Below are positions 10,001 to 19,877 of a stretch of DNA of 64,000 nt, piece by piece; the first letter of the stretch is position 1; every line of letters begins with the position of its first letter. The position numbers and the translations under genes are program-made. Source of the DNA: Terriglobia bacterium (GTDB lineage: Bacteria; Acidobacteriota; Terriglobia; 20CM-2-55-15); the NCBI GenBank assembly GCA_963664115.2, contig CAXWPJ010000009.1:544001-608000 (forward strand), read 5' to 3'. The notes below the pieces were generated by a model. That model ran no database searches, was not told the DNA's origin, and worked only from the letters and a program-made list of their open reading frames with translations.

Positions 10001-11044
10001 GGGATTCGGAACCCGACCCTGATCCACCTCCAGGCCGGAGAACAGTGGGTTCAGCTCATACCAGAGCTTTTCGGTCTGCTCTCCTTCACCGGATGGATCG
10101 AGTTGGAAGCGTCCCAAGCCAACCTGAAAGCTTATATGGCGACTGGCGCCAATGACTTCGATCAATTCGACGGCGTCGGGGCCGCGATTCCATCAAACGA
10201 TTTCTTCCTTCTCCACGACGGCGCCACCGGCATCCTCGTCAACCCTGGCACGGAATCGGTCACAGCCACGGTCACCGATCTCGACACAGATACGAGCCAG
10301 TTTTTGGAAATTCCGGCCCGGTCGCAAAGGACGACCCCACTGACGGGTCCGGTACGCATCACCGCGCCGGGAGCGATTGCGGCCGTTGAGCATTTTGGCT
10401 CCGAGCGGAAGTTGGCGATCGGGACAGCGGTTTCGGGCCCACAGTCGACACTGGTATTTCCATTTGCGGCGGTTGGCGGCGGTTTCCGTTCCTGGATCAC
10501 GCTCGTGAACACTTCGAGCAGTCCAGTAGGCGTATCGGTTGCGTTTAGAGGTTTGACGGAGTCCCTCCGGCTTGCCGGCCGGGCATACACACGCTTCCGA
10601 TTGTCCGAATTGTTCCCCATGTCCGCCGGGGTTCCCGAGTCTGGCGTCGTTCGCGTGACAGCTCTCTTCTCTGGGTCCCTCGTAGGAAGTATCGACATCG
10701 AAACAGATACGTCGCTGGTGACACTGGCGGCGGGCCAGGGAAGCACCCAGGTCGTGCTGCCCTATGTCGCCAACGGATATGGATTCTTCACTGGAGTCGC
10801 CGTGACAGCGGGCCGGTTGGGGGCGACAGTCACCGTTGAGGTTCTCTCAGCTTCAGGAAACGTCATTGCAACGGGCACCTTGAACGTTCCGGCGGAGGGC
10901 CACTTGGCAGATTTCCTCCCCAAGTTGATTCCCGGGTTTACAGATCAGATTGGCGGCTACATCCGCTTGCAGTCGGACCGACGGCTATGGGCATGGGAGA
11001 TCTACGGAACTGAGGTCTCCATGGGGTCGGGTCCACCGTTATAG
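7088..11044 (+). CDS. secreted M10/matrixin metalloprotease with carboxypeptidase-regulatory-like, IPT/TIG, nidogen-like and FN3-like domains and a C-terminal 4-repeat cassette
   Basis: HEVGHLLGLDH metzincin motif and Met-turn SVMAP; IPT repeats; IAPFFDDL; YYFAVRAKN. Confidence 0.9.
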   Translation: MSKHFALLILMLIPWQSLSGYIRITTSLGATPRWAETAIPYSVSEAGSPQIPNGSEFGAVAAAFDAWEGVAGTTVDFEFQGTTPIRTAGRDGTNLVTFVDDSGMGALLGTTTLAATFSFFNRVGGALVFEESDIAFNPSHSLTTSGEPDRFDIQSVLTHEVGHLLGLDHSGLISSVMAPFAIQDQTDQRVLLYDDIAGVIEIYPDETATPEVGVIQGTVTLNGAGVFGAHVVAMDSKGTVMTSTMSARDGTYTVRFLPVGNYRVYAEPLDKPVSSQHLPGFFSDLNVDFGTTYFGDTRVLSDASTVAATSGGTTGGIDIHVLPASISDFNLTRPVFAPRISSGSPETLRVGGENVVAGVSFSVSTPLIRFDSIKFGGRLSTTAPTSATLETVIDPATPIGPKNVSGASGSDTSVLSGGIVVTNTPPTNIEVSPSSGFFEGGIPVTIRGRDFRPGIRVFFAGLPAENVAFLNSGLLQATVPANSPGPANLQLFNTDGTSGLLLNAFSYTAPPPTVTDIQPGSGPPATLVIIDGTNFDTRPQNIVVRFNGSRARTLSSTRTRIETVVPFGATTGPLTVSVFGVDTDAGTFTVTAPEPSENVAPAFVEFLDASVGAGGTAANFPAQPRNGCENSRDDGIYFQDLPFSFSLFTDTFIGGTPVSIATNGWISLDGTSFSEFQNAGLPAETVIRPSGEDGVIPPALIAPFFDDLILCGGASVTTRIRGSAPNRSFVIQWSGLSILDEVGENLDADLTFELILYEGSNDVRFVYGTMAGARSDGSSATVGMQNVRRDQAVQAGFDESIVESGMALTYRFDGGAYVEERTDASRPGRPVVSDGGARTASLSELLASWIADRLETSIVEFEYAIGTTPGGSDVRGFTAVQSNSIVVTGLSLEEGAIYYFAVRAKNATGLASEVGVSDGILIDTSFIPSTSIFPSLPHSATSFGGLALIAEQDTDVVLRALDSDGSLATGLGIRNPTLIHLQAGEQWVQLIPELFGLLSFTGWIELEASQANLKAYMATGANDFDQFDGVGAAIPSNDFFLLHDGATGILVNPGTESVTATVTDLDTDTSQFLEIPARSQRTTPLTGPVRITAPGAIAAVEHFGSERKLAIGTAVSGPQSTLVFPFAAVGGGFRSWITLVNTSSSPVGVSVAFRGLTESLRLAGRAYTRFRLSELFPMSAGVPESGVVRVTALFSGSLVGSIDIETDTSLVTLAAGQGSTQVVLPYVANGYGFFTGVAVTAGRLGATVTVEVLSASGNVIATGTLNVPAEGHLADFLPKLIPGFTDQIGGYIRLQSDRRLWAWEIYGTEVSMGSGPPL

Positions 11045-11177
11045 CTGCTGACGGAATCACGTCCAGAGGATGATCGTATCGTCGTCATCAGCACAGCCCA
11101 AGGCTTTAAATTGAGGGACTTCGAAATAAAATCACACCGGACAAGGTACGGAACGTTCTCGATGGCAAGCTACCTGC

Positions 11178-11208
11178 TTGACAATCATATACAACTGGAA
11201 GCTATACT
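11178..11208 (+). promoter_or_regulatory. sigma70-type promoter TTGACA-N19-TATACT
   Basis: Near-consensus boxes, but the 19-nt spacer is long. Confidence 0.4.
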
Positions 11209-11252
11209 TTTTTCAATAAGTTAGCGTTGTTCGAAGGTGTCGTGTGGTCAAA

Positions 11253-14200
11253 ATGAACACATTGTTGCGACTTTTGTGCGCATTACTGGCGGTCACGTGT
11301 GTGGCCCTGCCGCTATCGGCCCAGTCTGTGTTCCATTTTCCCCGTGTCGCGGCCGGGGCCGGTTCGGTCACGAATTTGACCATCACGAACCTCTCACCGT
11401 CCCCAGCTGAGGTCGAGTTCGAGCTATTCGCATTGGACGGGCGCTTGGCGCCGTTGGCCATCAACCCCGTGCGCTACCGCATTGAATCAGACAGCGTTCT
11501 GTCGATGAGCACCGACACAATATTCGCGACGTCCGAGGCTGCGGGTTGGATTCGCGTCAGTAGCGAACAGTCAGGGTTAACCGCCCGGCTTCTGACAGGT
11601 GATTTGGTCTCGCGCCTGGAGGGCATTGGGGGCACTTCTCCGATAGGGGACCAACTTGTCGTTGTCCCGATAGATGATCCACTCGTAGTACGTGAGCTGC
11701 GGGTGGTCAATCCTTCGGAAGGTCTCGCTGGGGTCAACGTGACCGTTTTCGATAGCCAGGGGAACGCTATCGGGACAATCCCCGTGGCCTTGGAAGCCCA
11801 TGCCGGCGCCGACCTGAATCTTGCGCCGTTTCCAACTGGGGTGGCCGCACGGATCAGTGCAAGTCGACCCATTTTAGCGCAGGCTGTTCTTAGCGCGAAC
11901 AGTAGTCTAATGTTACTGAATGGCCAGGCCGCGTCTGAACTTGCCGCGCCGTTTCGAGTTGCGCCACACGCCGTAATCGGCAACGGTTTCGAATCAACGC
12001 TTATCTTGTCGAATCCCACCGGACAGTCTATCAACGTGTTTGCTACGTACTTCAGCGAGACAGGCTCCGGGCTTGATCCATCCCAGAGTGCGCCACCCAG
12101 GCAGCGCTTGAGTATTCCTGCAAACGGCAGCGTGTCGGTCGGCGTTGGAGAGCTCACCGGACTCGGGTTCAATCCTCCCTCAAGTGGCTGGATTGAGATC
12201 GAGTCTCCAAATGTTCCGCTGGTGGGTGCACTCGTTGTTTCCGGGGGAACAAATCGGACGGCACATCGACTACAGACTGAGCCACGAGCGGATATGTTGT
12301 ATTCAAACGCGGCTGATTTTGAAGTCGAATCTGTCGAACTGGTGCTGAGCAATTTGGAGTTTGTGGACGCGGAATTGGAGCTTTTGGCTATAGACGAGAA
12401 CGGATTCGTGATCACTACCGCGTCGGCTGTCGTCGGGGGACGTTCCAAGCAGACGTTGCGTGTTAGAGACCTGCTTCCGCGTTTTGATCTGAATCATGCC
12501 GGATTTCTTGCGGTGAAAAGTTCGGCACCGATTTTCAGCGTTGGGGTGCTCACCGGAATAAATTCTAGGGGCCTTGAGGGATTCGAGCCGGAGGTTTTGG
12601 CGGAGCCTTTCGAACCCCTTATCGCTCCGATCCGGCCCAGGATAACGTCCGTCGAGCCACAAGAGGTTCGACCTGGAGACAGCCTGCAAATTTTGACGGG
12701 ACGACTGGATTTGGGGAGTTCGTTGCTGTTTAGCGACGGTGTCATAGACTCTGATCCTTTCGTTGCTTTCGGTATTACTGTCTTCAACATTGAGGTTCCT
12801 TCCCACTCGCCGGGATTCGTCGATATCCGGATTCGTTCCTCGGATGGAACCGAATCCGCGCCCCATACGATCTTAGTGCTTCCATCCGATCAAACGCCCC
12901 TTCGCGAAGTACGCGGTCGAGCCTTTTACGAGAAAATCGACCTCGGACCAGATGGGCTCGATCTGTCGCAACCGGTCATGGTTCCGATTCGTGAAGCACG
13001 AATCGATGTGTTCGACCCATTGACCGGTGAAGTGTTTTCAGTTGGAGGTACCGATCGACATGGGAACTTCCGGGCGGTTCTCCCTTTCGGTTCAGACAGC
13101 ATTTTGCGCGCCTTGAGTCAATCGTCGGATTCTGTCCTCACGGTAGCGGACAACACGCGTGGCGGCGCGATCTACTTCGTAAGCACCGAGATCGATGCTG
13201 AAGTGTCACCCCTGTTGGTCGCGTCGGACGCGACCCGCGCTTCGGGCGCCTTCAATATCCTGGAAGTTGTCCGACAGGGAAACGATTTTCTCCTCGAGAT
13301 CGATCCGGACCTGCGCGTGCCAAACCTGAACGTCTTCTGGAGCCCAAATAATAGAGCGGTGGCGGGTAACATCGAGGCAGGTCAAATCGGTGGTACGTTC
13401 TTCAACGCAGAAACGAATACGGCCTTCATGTTGGGAGACCGCGCGACGGATTCCGATGAGTTTGACGACTCCGTCATTCTCCACGAATATGCACACCTGC
13501 TGGCAACCCAGTTCTCCAGAGACGATTCGCCCGGCGGCGCCCATTTACTGGGCGATGTACTCGATCCGAGAGTGGCCTGGTCGGAGGGATGGGCGAATTT
13601 CTTTTCTGCTTGGGTTCGAGACAATCCGATTTACAGAGATTCTCTTGGCTTTGGTGGGGAGTCGGTTCTGGAGCACAACCTTGAAGACAACGTGATTATC
13701 GGGGACCAACCCGGCTACTGGAGTGAGTTTTCCATCCATTCGATCCTATGGGATCTAGCGGACTCGAGCCCGGACACCGGAGATAATTTCCAGGTTCCAT
13801 TTGATGCTATTTGGGAAGCATTCCTCCAGTTGAGCGATGACAGTTTCGTCTACGTTCCGTCGTTCCTGGATCGTCTGACATCGTTGTTGCCAGCAGAAGC
13901 ATTCGGAATCGAGCAGCTTGCGCGCTTCGGTTCCATCGACTATGTCGCCTCGGCCGAACCTAGCGTGTCGAATCCTTTCCCGCGTTTCGTGCCAGCAACC
14001 GGAGCGGTCACCGGCGAGGTGGATTCGCTTTCAAGAAGGCGTGCCAACCTGGCGCAATCCGCACACCTCTATGTTTTCGATGTGAGTGATGGGGCTGTCT
14101 CCATACGCCTGGACATTACAGGGTTGGGCCCGGGCCAAAATCCAAACGCAAACGATCTGGATCTGTTCTTGTTAGATTCCCAGGGTCGGGTTCTGGCACG

Positions 14201-14444
14201 ATCGGACCGCGGGCTCAACGGGCAATCCGAGCTGATCTCGAGGTCCCTTCCCGCCGGCCGCTATGTTGTTGAGATCCGGAGTTTCTATACTCAGGGAGAG
14301 ACCGGAACGTTCGTCTTTAATTCCGGTTCTTACAACTTGCGGATAGCGGTTCAGTGGGTGACATTCCCAAATGAATCAGGAAGCCGTGTGGTAGGAACCC
14401 AGAGCGCCGCCGTCGATGCCGTCGAGCGCCTTCAGGGTGTCTAG
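11253..14444 (+). CDS. secreted zinc metalloprotease (gluzincin-like) with N-terminal 4-repeat cassette, IPT domain and C-terminal PPC domain
   Basis: Signal peptide (LSA-Q); HEYAH followed by SEGWANF; DLDLFL..LPAGRYVVEI PPC-like C-terminus. Confidence 0.85.
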   Translation: MNTLLRLLCALLAVTCVALPLSAQSVFHFPRVAAGAGSVTNLTITNLSPSPAEVEFELFALDGRLAPLAINPVRYRIESDSVLSMSTDTIFATSEAAGWIRVSSEQSGLTARLLTGDLVSRLEGIGGTSPIGDQLVVVPIDDPLVVRELRVVNPSEGLAGVNVTVFDSQGNAIGTIPVALEAHAGADLNLAPFPTGVAARISASRPILAQAVLSANSSLMLLNGQAASELAAPFRVAPHAVIGNGFESTLILSNPTGQSINVFATYFSETGSGLDPSQSAPPRQRLSIPANGSVSVGVGELTGLGFNPPSSGWIEIESPNVPLVGALVVSGGTNRTAHRLQTEPRADMLYSNAADFEVESVELVLSNLEFVDAELELLAIDENGFVITTASAVVGGRSKQTLRVRDLLPRFDLNHAGFLAVKSSAPIFSVGVLTGINSRGLEGFEPEVLAEPFEPLIAPIRPRITSVEPQEVRPGDSLQILTGRLDLGSSLLFSDGVIDSDPFVAFGITVFNIEVPSHSPGFVDIRIRSSDGTESAPHTILVLPSDQTPLREVRGRAFYEKIDLGPDGLDLSQPVMVPIREARIDVFDPLTGEVFSVGGTDRHGNFRAVLPFGSDSILRALSQSSDSVLTVADNTRGGAIYFVSTEIDAEVSPLLVASDATRASGAFNILEVVRQGNDFLLEIDPDLRVPNLNVFWSPNNRAVAGNIEAGQIGGTFFNAETNTAFMLGDRATDSDEFDDSVILHEYAHLLATQFSRDDSPGGAHLLGDVLDPRVAWSEGWANFFSAWVRDNPIYRDSLGFGGESVLEHNLEDNVIIGDQPGYWSEFSIHSILWDLADSSPDTGDNFQVPFDAIWEAFLQLSDDSFVYVPSFLDRLTSLLPAEAFGIEQLARFGSIDYVASAEPSVSNPFPRFVPATGAVTGEVDSLSRRRANLAQSAHLYVFDVSDGAVSIRLDITGLGPGQNPNANDLDLFLLDSQGRVLARSDRGLNGQSELISRSLPAGRYVVEIRSFYTQGETGTFVFNSGSYNLRIAVQWVTFPNESGSRVVGTQSAAVDAVERLQGV

Positions 14445-14567
14445 TCTGGGTACCAGCCACTATGAGGCGATGGTAAATGGATATACAATGATTCCGAAAG
14501 CGCTACGGCCTGAACGTTGCGGCAAAGTGGTTTCGCTGAGAATCAACTCAAATTTATGGAGTGAGCC

Positions 14568-16886
14568 GTGAACCGAAGGAGTCCCACCAAGGTCATCATC
14601 GTCTTGCTTGCTGCAATCGCGGCTTTTCTGGTTCCAGCCTTTCCGACCGCTGCTCAGGCTGTATTTGGTCTCAGCAGCAGCACAGCCACGGTCACAGAGA
14701 CGGGTCATGCGGAACTGCTGGGAACGATTAACGCAACGATCAGCTCGGGTACGTCGGCCGCGGGAACGCTGGAAGTCAGCATCGCGCCGGCCACGCTCGT
14801 CACCGACGAAACGAGCGGCGTGACGGTAACGGGAACGGGAGGACTTGCTGGAGCATCGGTTGCAAACGTGATTGAAAGCTTGGGACTTGTCGTTATCGAC
14901 ATCCCTGCCGCCGCGGGCGCCGGCTCCACTCTGACCCTGACAGGAATGCGCATCTCAATTCCCGAAACCGATGTTGAGAATTTCAACACAGTACTCTCCG
15001 TCAACAATAACTTCCTGCAGGCTGGCCAGAGCGGCATTTCGCTTATAGCAGACACTGTGGCAGGACTTGTCGTTGACGACGACGCGGATGTAATCTTCAG
15101 CATTGTGAACCGGACCATCGTCGACGACATGGAAGCCTTCAAGTTCCGTGAAGGCTGGGACGGCGCCTTTTCCGACAAGGTCGGTATACTGGGGCAAACT
15201 GCCCCCACCGAAGTCATATTCGAAATTGATGGCATCCCGGCAAACGTCACGGTCACATTTCCGGACACGATCAACAGCAAGACCACAGGAGCCACTTTGA
15301 CGACGGAGAGTGGCGATCCCGAAGAGTTCACCAGCAGCAGCGAACCCCAACGCGTTGCTTACGAATTCACGGACGATCTGCCGTCAAGCGATGAAGAGGT
15401 AGATATTTTCGAGGTGACTCCCACCTTGACGCTCGGATCTTCCGTCGAGAACGGGACCGCCTTGATCCGGGCCACGCTGGGCCCGATCGGGGCCGCAACT
15501 CCCAGCACCGAATTCCCCTTGACGGACCTTCCCCGGTTTGATGAGGAGTTGTTGCCAGCCCTTGCCCTACCCGGAAGCTCGTCCACCACCCTGCTGCACT
15601 TCCTAATTTCCAACGCGTCGTCCCAGAGCCAGCTTGCCCTCGGGAACACCGGCAGCGGGGGTGCGCAGTTGGAGATCCGGGCCCTCGGGGAGGATGGCGC
15701 CATTCTCGACGATGGAAGTGCTGTAACGTCCCAAACTCTTCAGGGACACGAAACGTTGGTGTCTTCGCTCGACGAACTTTTCGGTGATTCTCTGTCGAGC
15801 GACATCGCCTCAGTAGAGGTCGAAGTCGTCAATCCGAACGTGATTGGAACCGTGACGGGAACGGGAAGTGCGGGGCGGTTCTCAACACCTGAAATCAAAG
15901 ACCGGAAGAAATTGTACCTACCTTTCGATCGCGCCCTGGCCACGGATGACCCAACCCTGGTGATCAACAACGCGAACGAAGATCCCATCGAGGTGACTCT
16001 GAGGGTCCGCGACAGCCTGGGAACCACAATCGAGACGATCACAGAATCGATCGACGCGGCAGCCACGCTCCGCTCTCCGCTGACAACGCTCTTCGATCTG
16101 GAAGCGGGCGCCCTTCCGATGAAGGGCTATGTCAGGCTGACAGCTGCGGACAACTTTCGCGCGAGTTTGGTCGATACTCCTGATGGGTTTTCCGAAGAAG
16201 TCCCCGGTCTTGGGCCGTTCGGCCAGAGCCGACACATTTTCCCCGCTTTTCTTTTCGGCGAGGGCTGGCGGACAACCCTAACGCTTGTCAGCGCCGCAAC
16301 CTTTTCGGCAAACGTGACCGTAACGCTCCGGGACGCTACGGGTGAAGTCGTTACCGGCACCGCACCCCTCGTAATCAGCGTGGCCACCGATGAACGCGTA
16401 GACCTGGACCTGGAAGCGCTCTTCGGCACCGGAACGCTGACTCTCGGGTACATCGACATTCAATTTCAGGGCCTGCCGCTTCTGGGCAGCCCCGATTTCG
16501 CTGGCATGGTCCGAATCGGAAGGGCGAACTTTTCGGCGACGACGGCCCTTCCTACGAATCCAGACACTGAATTTTTCCTCGTGCCAACAGCTCAATCGGA
16601 ATCGGAGTTTACGGCTTTGGCCATCTTCAATTTTTCAAGTTCCGTAACGGAAGTGACGGTGGAAGTCTTCGACAGTGATGGCACAAACCTCGGCGCGAAT
16701 ACCTTCGAGCTGGACCCACGGGCAGTGGATATCCGGCTCGTTCGAGATCACGTGAATGAAATTCTGGACAGCGAAGACCGCTTGATCCGAGTGACAGCGG
16801 AAGGCGGAACAGTTGAGATGGTTGCCTATCGCGGCACGATGACCTTGGAGGAAATGTTCAACATCCCGGTTCAGGCTCCGCAATAA
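14568..16886 (+). CDS. secreted S-layer-paralogous protein with C-terminal 4-repeat cassette
   Basis: Signal peptide; TGHAELLG and DLPRF segments parallel SGHTEPVG and AIPRY in the 18169-19695 product; rich in Thr/Ser and acidic residues. Confidence 0.75.
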   Translation: MNRRSPTKVIIVLLAAIAAFLVPAFPTAAQAVFGLSSSTATVTETGHAELLGTINATISSGTSAAGTLEVSIAPATLVTDETSGVTVTGTGGLAGASVANVIESLGLVVIDIPAAAGAGSTLTLTGMRISIPETDVENFNTVLSVNNNFLQAGQSGISLIADTVAGLVVDDDADVIFSIVNRTIVDDMEAFKFREGWDGAFSDKVGILGQTAPTEVIFEIDGIPANVTVTFPDTINSKTTGATLTTESGDPEEFTSSSEPQRVAYEFTDDLPSSDEEVDIFEVTPTLTLGSSVENGTALIRATLGPIGAATPSTEFPLTDLPRFDEELLPALALPGSSSTTLLHFLISNASSQSQLALGNTGSGGAQLEIRALGEDGAILDDGSAVTSQTLQGHETLVSSLDELFGDSLSSDIASVEVEVVNPNVIGTVTGTGSAGRFSTPEIKDRKKLYLPFDRALATDDPTLVINNANEDPIEVTLRVRDSLGTTIETITESIDAAATLRSPLTTLFDLEAGALPMKGYVRLTAADNFRASLVDTPDGFSEEVPGLGPFGQSRHIFPAFLFGEGWRTTLTLVSAATFSANVTVTLRDATGEVVTGTAPLVISVATDERVDLDLEALFGTGTLTLGYIDIQFQGLPLLGSPDFAGMVRIGRANFSATTALPTNPDTEFFLVPTAQSESEFTALAIFNFSSSVTEVTVEVFDSDGTNLGANTFELDPRAVDIRLVRDHVNEILDSEDRLIRVTAEGGTVEMVAYRGTMTLEEMFNIPVQAPQ

Positions 16887-16902
16887 CCGTAACCGGAGAG
16901 TC

Positions 16903-18024
16903 TCACCGCGAAACTGGCTGACCGATATCGCGCAGAAGCCGCTCAAAATCTTCTTGTCGGAGTGAATCCGAAGGGCTCTCTCTCAGGTATTCGATCGGAA
17001 TGTTCAGGCGTTCACGGCCGAAAACCTCAGGATCAACCTCGATGTCAACAGAAGTACGTCGGCGACGGTCGTGGGCCTGGAACCGGACGATAACTTGAGC
17101 CACATCCCCCGGGGCCAAAATTTCCGGACCCTGGAACTCGACTTCGTACTCCTCGTTTCGGCCTGTGACACGCGGTATTCGGAAAGGCTCTGCGGCCAGA
17201 TTCTCTATAACGATTTCCAGTTCGCCATCCACGCCAAGATCGACGACTTCCGGAATCTGCGAAAATCGGATACGGCCGTCAACGTGACCAATAAACTCCA
17301 ATGTCGCAGCGGTTTCCAGGCCACCTCTCCTAATAGTAAACGAAATTGGCTGGCGCACGTCGGAAGATGTCAGCAAGGTGTCCCAGGAGTAGCTCATACG
17401 GCCTCTTGTCTCATCGATCCACACGGGCCGGCCAAAACGCAGACCTTTGGGCAGGCTCCGCGTGGAAGTCAACACGGTACGGATGCGGCGCGGGTCACCA
17501 CTGAACTCAACAAAGCCTTCAACAGTCTCTCCCTGAGTGATCGGGCCCACCTCCAGACTGGACGCCAGGAACTCAAACTCTAAGGACTCCTCACCCCCAC
17601 TAGACTCGGATTGCGATGCCCCGCTCGTTGCAACGCCGAAGGGACCGGCCCCAACGTCATCCATCCGATAGAACCAATCTCCTTCTGTCCAGATCCATCG
17701 GTCCGCAGACGTCACCTCAATTTCTCCCAGCCCCGGAATCTGCAGGTGTAATCGCGTAGGTACGTTGACGGCTGTGTTGTCGCCAGTGAACTCCAAACCA
17801 GTGATGTCGGCTCGTAGGATCTGATCACTCTGCCCCTGAAGGAAGCGTTCGCGGTCCGCCGGGAGGACATAGTCCAGGGCTGAAAGCTGGTTTCCAGCCA
17901 CTCTGGCGATCCAGTACTCATCGATTCGCACCCGCAGCTGGTCCAAGTCCTGAGCCAAGCCGGTCCCACAAGTAAACAGACTAAGCAGAGTGAGGCAGAG
18001 GGCCACTCGGCTCATGATGGGCAC
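16903..18024 (-). CDS. secreted hypothetical protein with Ig-like (ASH/DUF1573-like) domains
   Basis: Signal peptide (GLA-Q); GPITQGE and IENLAAEPFRI..LAPGD patterns. Confidence 0.75.
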   Translation of the reverse strand: MPIMSRVALCLTLLSLFTCGTGLAQDLDQLRVRIDEYWIARVAGNQLSALDYVLPADRERFLQGQSDQILRADITGLEFTGDNTAVNVPTRLHLQIPGLGEIEVTSADRWIWTEGDWFYRMDDVGAGPFGVATSGASQSESSGGEESLEFEFLASSLEVGPITQGETVEGFVEFSGDPRRIRTVLTSTRSLPKGLRFGRPVWIDETRGRMSYSWDTLLTSSDVRQPISFTIRRGGLETAATLEFIGHVDGRIRFSQIPEVVDLGVDGELEIVIENLAAEPFRIPRVTGRNEEYEVEFQGPEILAPGDVAQVIVRFQAHDRRRRTSVDIEVDPEVFGRERLNIPIEYLRESPSDSLRQEDFERLLRDIGQPVSR

Positions 18025-18072
18025 CTATCATCGAAACTCAACAGATCTTCGATTGTCAAGATTCCAAACCTT

Positions 18073-18103
18073 AAAAAAGGGGGAGTGAATTCACTCCCCC
18101 TTT
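18073..18103 (-). terminator. strong intrinsic terminator after the S-layer-like gene
   Basis: Perfect palindrome AAAGGGGGAGTGAATTCACTCCCCCTTT with a T6 tail on the minus strand. Confidence 0.85.
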
Positions 18104-18168
18104 ATGGACATGGTGACTATGTCAAGCCACCATATTTTTAGTTATACAGAGATTCGCCACTACCCGGG

Positions 18169-19695
18169 TCACGGCCGCTGAGTACCCGGGTTCGGGACCA
18201 CCAGAACATCGGCGGCCGCCGTAATACCAGCCAAGTTGGTGATATAACCCACACCGCGCGCATGAGTGAAGTTGGTCTCGACGAACACGTAGCCGGTGAA
18301 CGAGGCCGCATCGTCAGATTCGGCGGCGGTCAGGATGTCAGCGATCGATACCAAATAGGTATTACCCGAAACCAACACACCGTCGTCGTCCAAACCACTG
18401 CCCACGGTTGGGTCCGCATCAGTCGACCACATAACCATATCCCCACCGCTCGGGAACAGCCAGAACGTCAGCGTTCCGGCTGCCCCACCTGCGCCATCGT
18501 CACCGAAGGGGTCGGCCGTGGTGTTGGAAATGCCCATGATGCTGGCCAGGCCTTCGGTTGACACGAAGGGCATCAGCAGCGTCGTCGTCGCCGGAACGAT
18601 GTCGATGAGATCGATGGCGTCGGTAAAGGTTTCAACATAACGGGGAATGGCGCCGTCGGCTGTGTCGCTTCCGATAACGTCGTCATCCTCATCGAGTGCG
18701 TCGCCATCCGGAGAGAGCGAAACCCGCACCGAGATCGTCGCCGGAGCAAACGGGAGTTCGTCGTCATCAACTACGATCCCGTCACAGCCGACCGTTATAT
18801 CGCTTATAGCAGTCGTTGTTGCCATACCCATCAGTTCGAGAATTTCCCTATCATTATCGACATCAAACGTGACTTCGGCGACATCCGCAAAATCAGCGTC
18901 AGTCAGATTGGTGGTTGCGGTGACGGCTTACAATTAAAAGTCAGACCATCCGGAATACCGATCATCTCGACCACAACGGTAACGCCTTTATCGGTGGCAC
19001 CCGAGAACTGACTTCCATCTTTGAACAGGTCGATGAAGTTCTCGGTAATTGTGAAATCAGCCATATCATCGGCGATCGTACCGTCTGTGAAGAGCCTTGC
19101 TTCATTACCGTCCAATTCATCGAGGCCAGCAACAACGGCCGTGACGACTCGGGCAACGTTCTGGCCTGCCGTGATGAGATAACCACTTCCGGAAGTAACA
19201 GAAATATTGGCATCCAACATTGAGAACCCACTTCCGGCAACGGATACCAGGACATTCTCAAGCGTGAACGTACCCGTGTCACCGTCGACGGCGGCACCGG
19301 TTCCCCCCAACGTAATGACAACAATTCCGCTCTTGTTGTTGACTGAGGCAAAGGTGGGAACGCCCACAGCAGTCCAAAGCCTGTTCATGTCACCAGCGTC
19401 CGCGTCCACGGTAATGTCCTCATCGCCTGAACTATCACCATCGTCATTCGTGTCACCGTCGTTCGTAATGAGGACGCCGCCGAAATCGACCGTTCATCGA
19501 CCCACCTAAGGGAGTAAAGCTCGACTGCGCCTCGCAGATAAAAGTCAGGTCGCCCACCGGCTCGGTGTGCCCGGATAAAGTCGCCCGGCTGACCGGCGAG
19601 CTCGCTACCGAGCACGTGATCTGAGCGTAGGCCGCGTTGGACATCCCCATGATCAGGAACAGCGCCATCAGCGGCACGAACAGTTTGAATCTCAA
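18169..19695 (-). pseudogene. putative major S-layer protein (~508 aa), split by two compensating frameshifts (real or assembly error)
   Basis: Three ORFs join if one base is removed near 19493 and one is added near 18929. Signal peptide (AYA-Q), strong RBS AAAGGAG, near-consensus promoter and strong terminator. Confidence 0.7.
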
Positions 19696-19877
19696 TTGTA
19701 TCCTAGTCTCCTTTAGAAGAAATTTTTGCTCACTGTGTAGTTAACAAATCAGAAAGTTTCTGGTTCAAGACTTCGGTTGCGGTCAAACGTTTTTCACGCC
19801 GGACGGCCAACCGGTCATCCCCGATTGTTAAACCTCTCGTAAAAAGCTCCACCCCAAAACGCGGGCTAACCGTCGAT

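Noticed and set aside
18920-19500. Programmed frameshifting or homopolymer phase variation in the S-layer gene
   Set aside because: No slippery heptamer or long homopolymer at either shift site.
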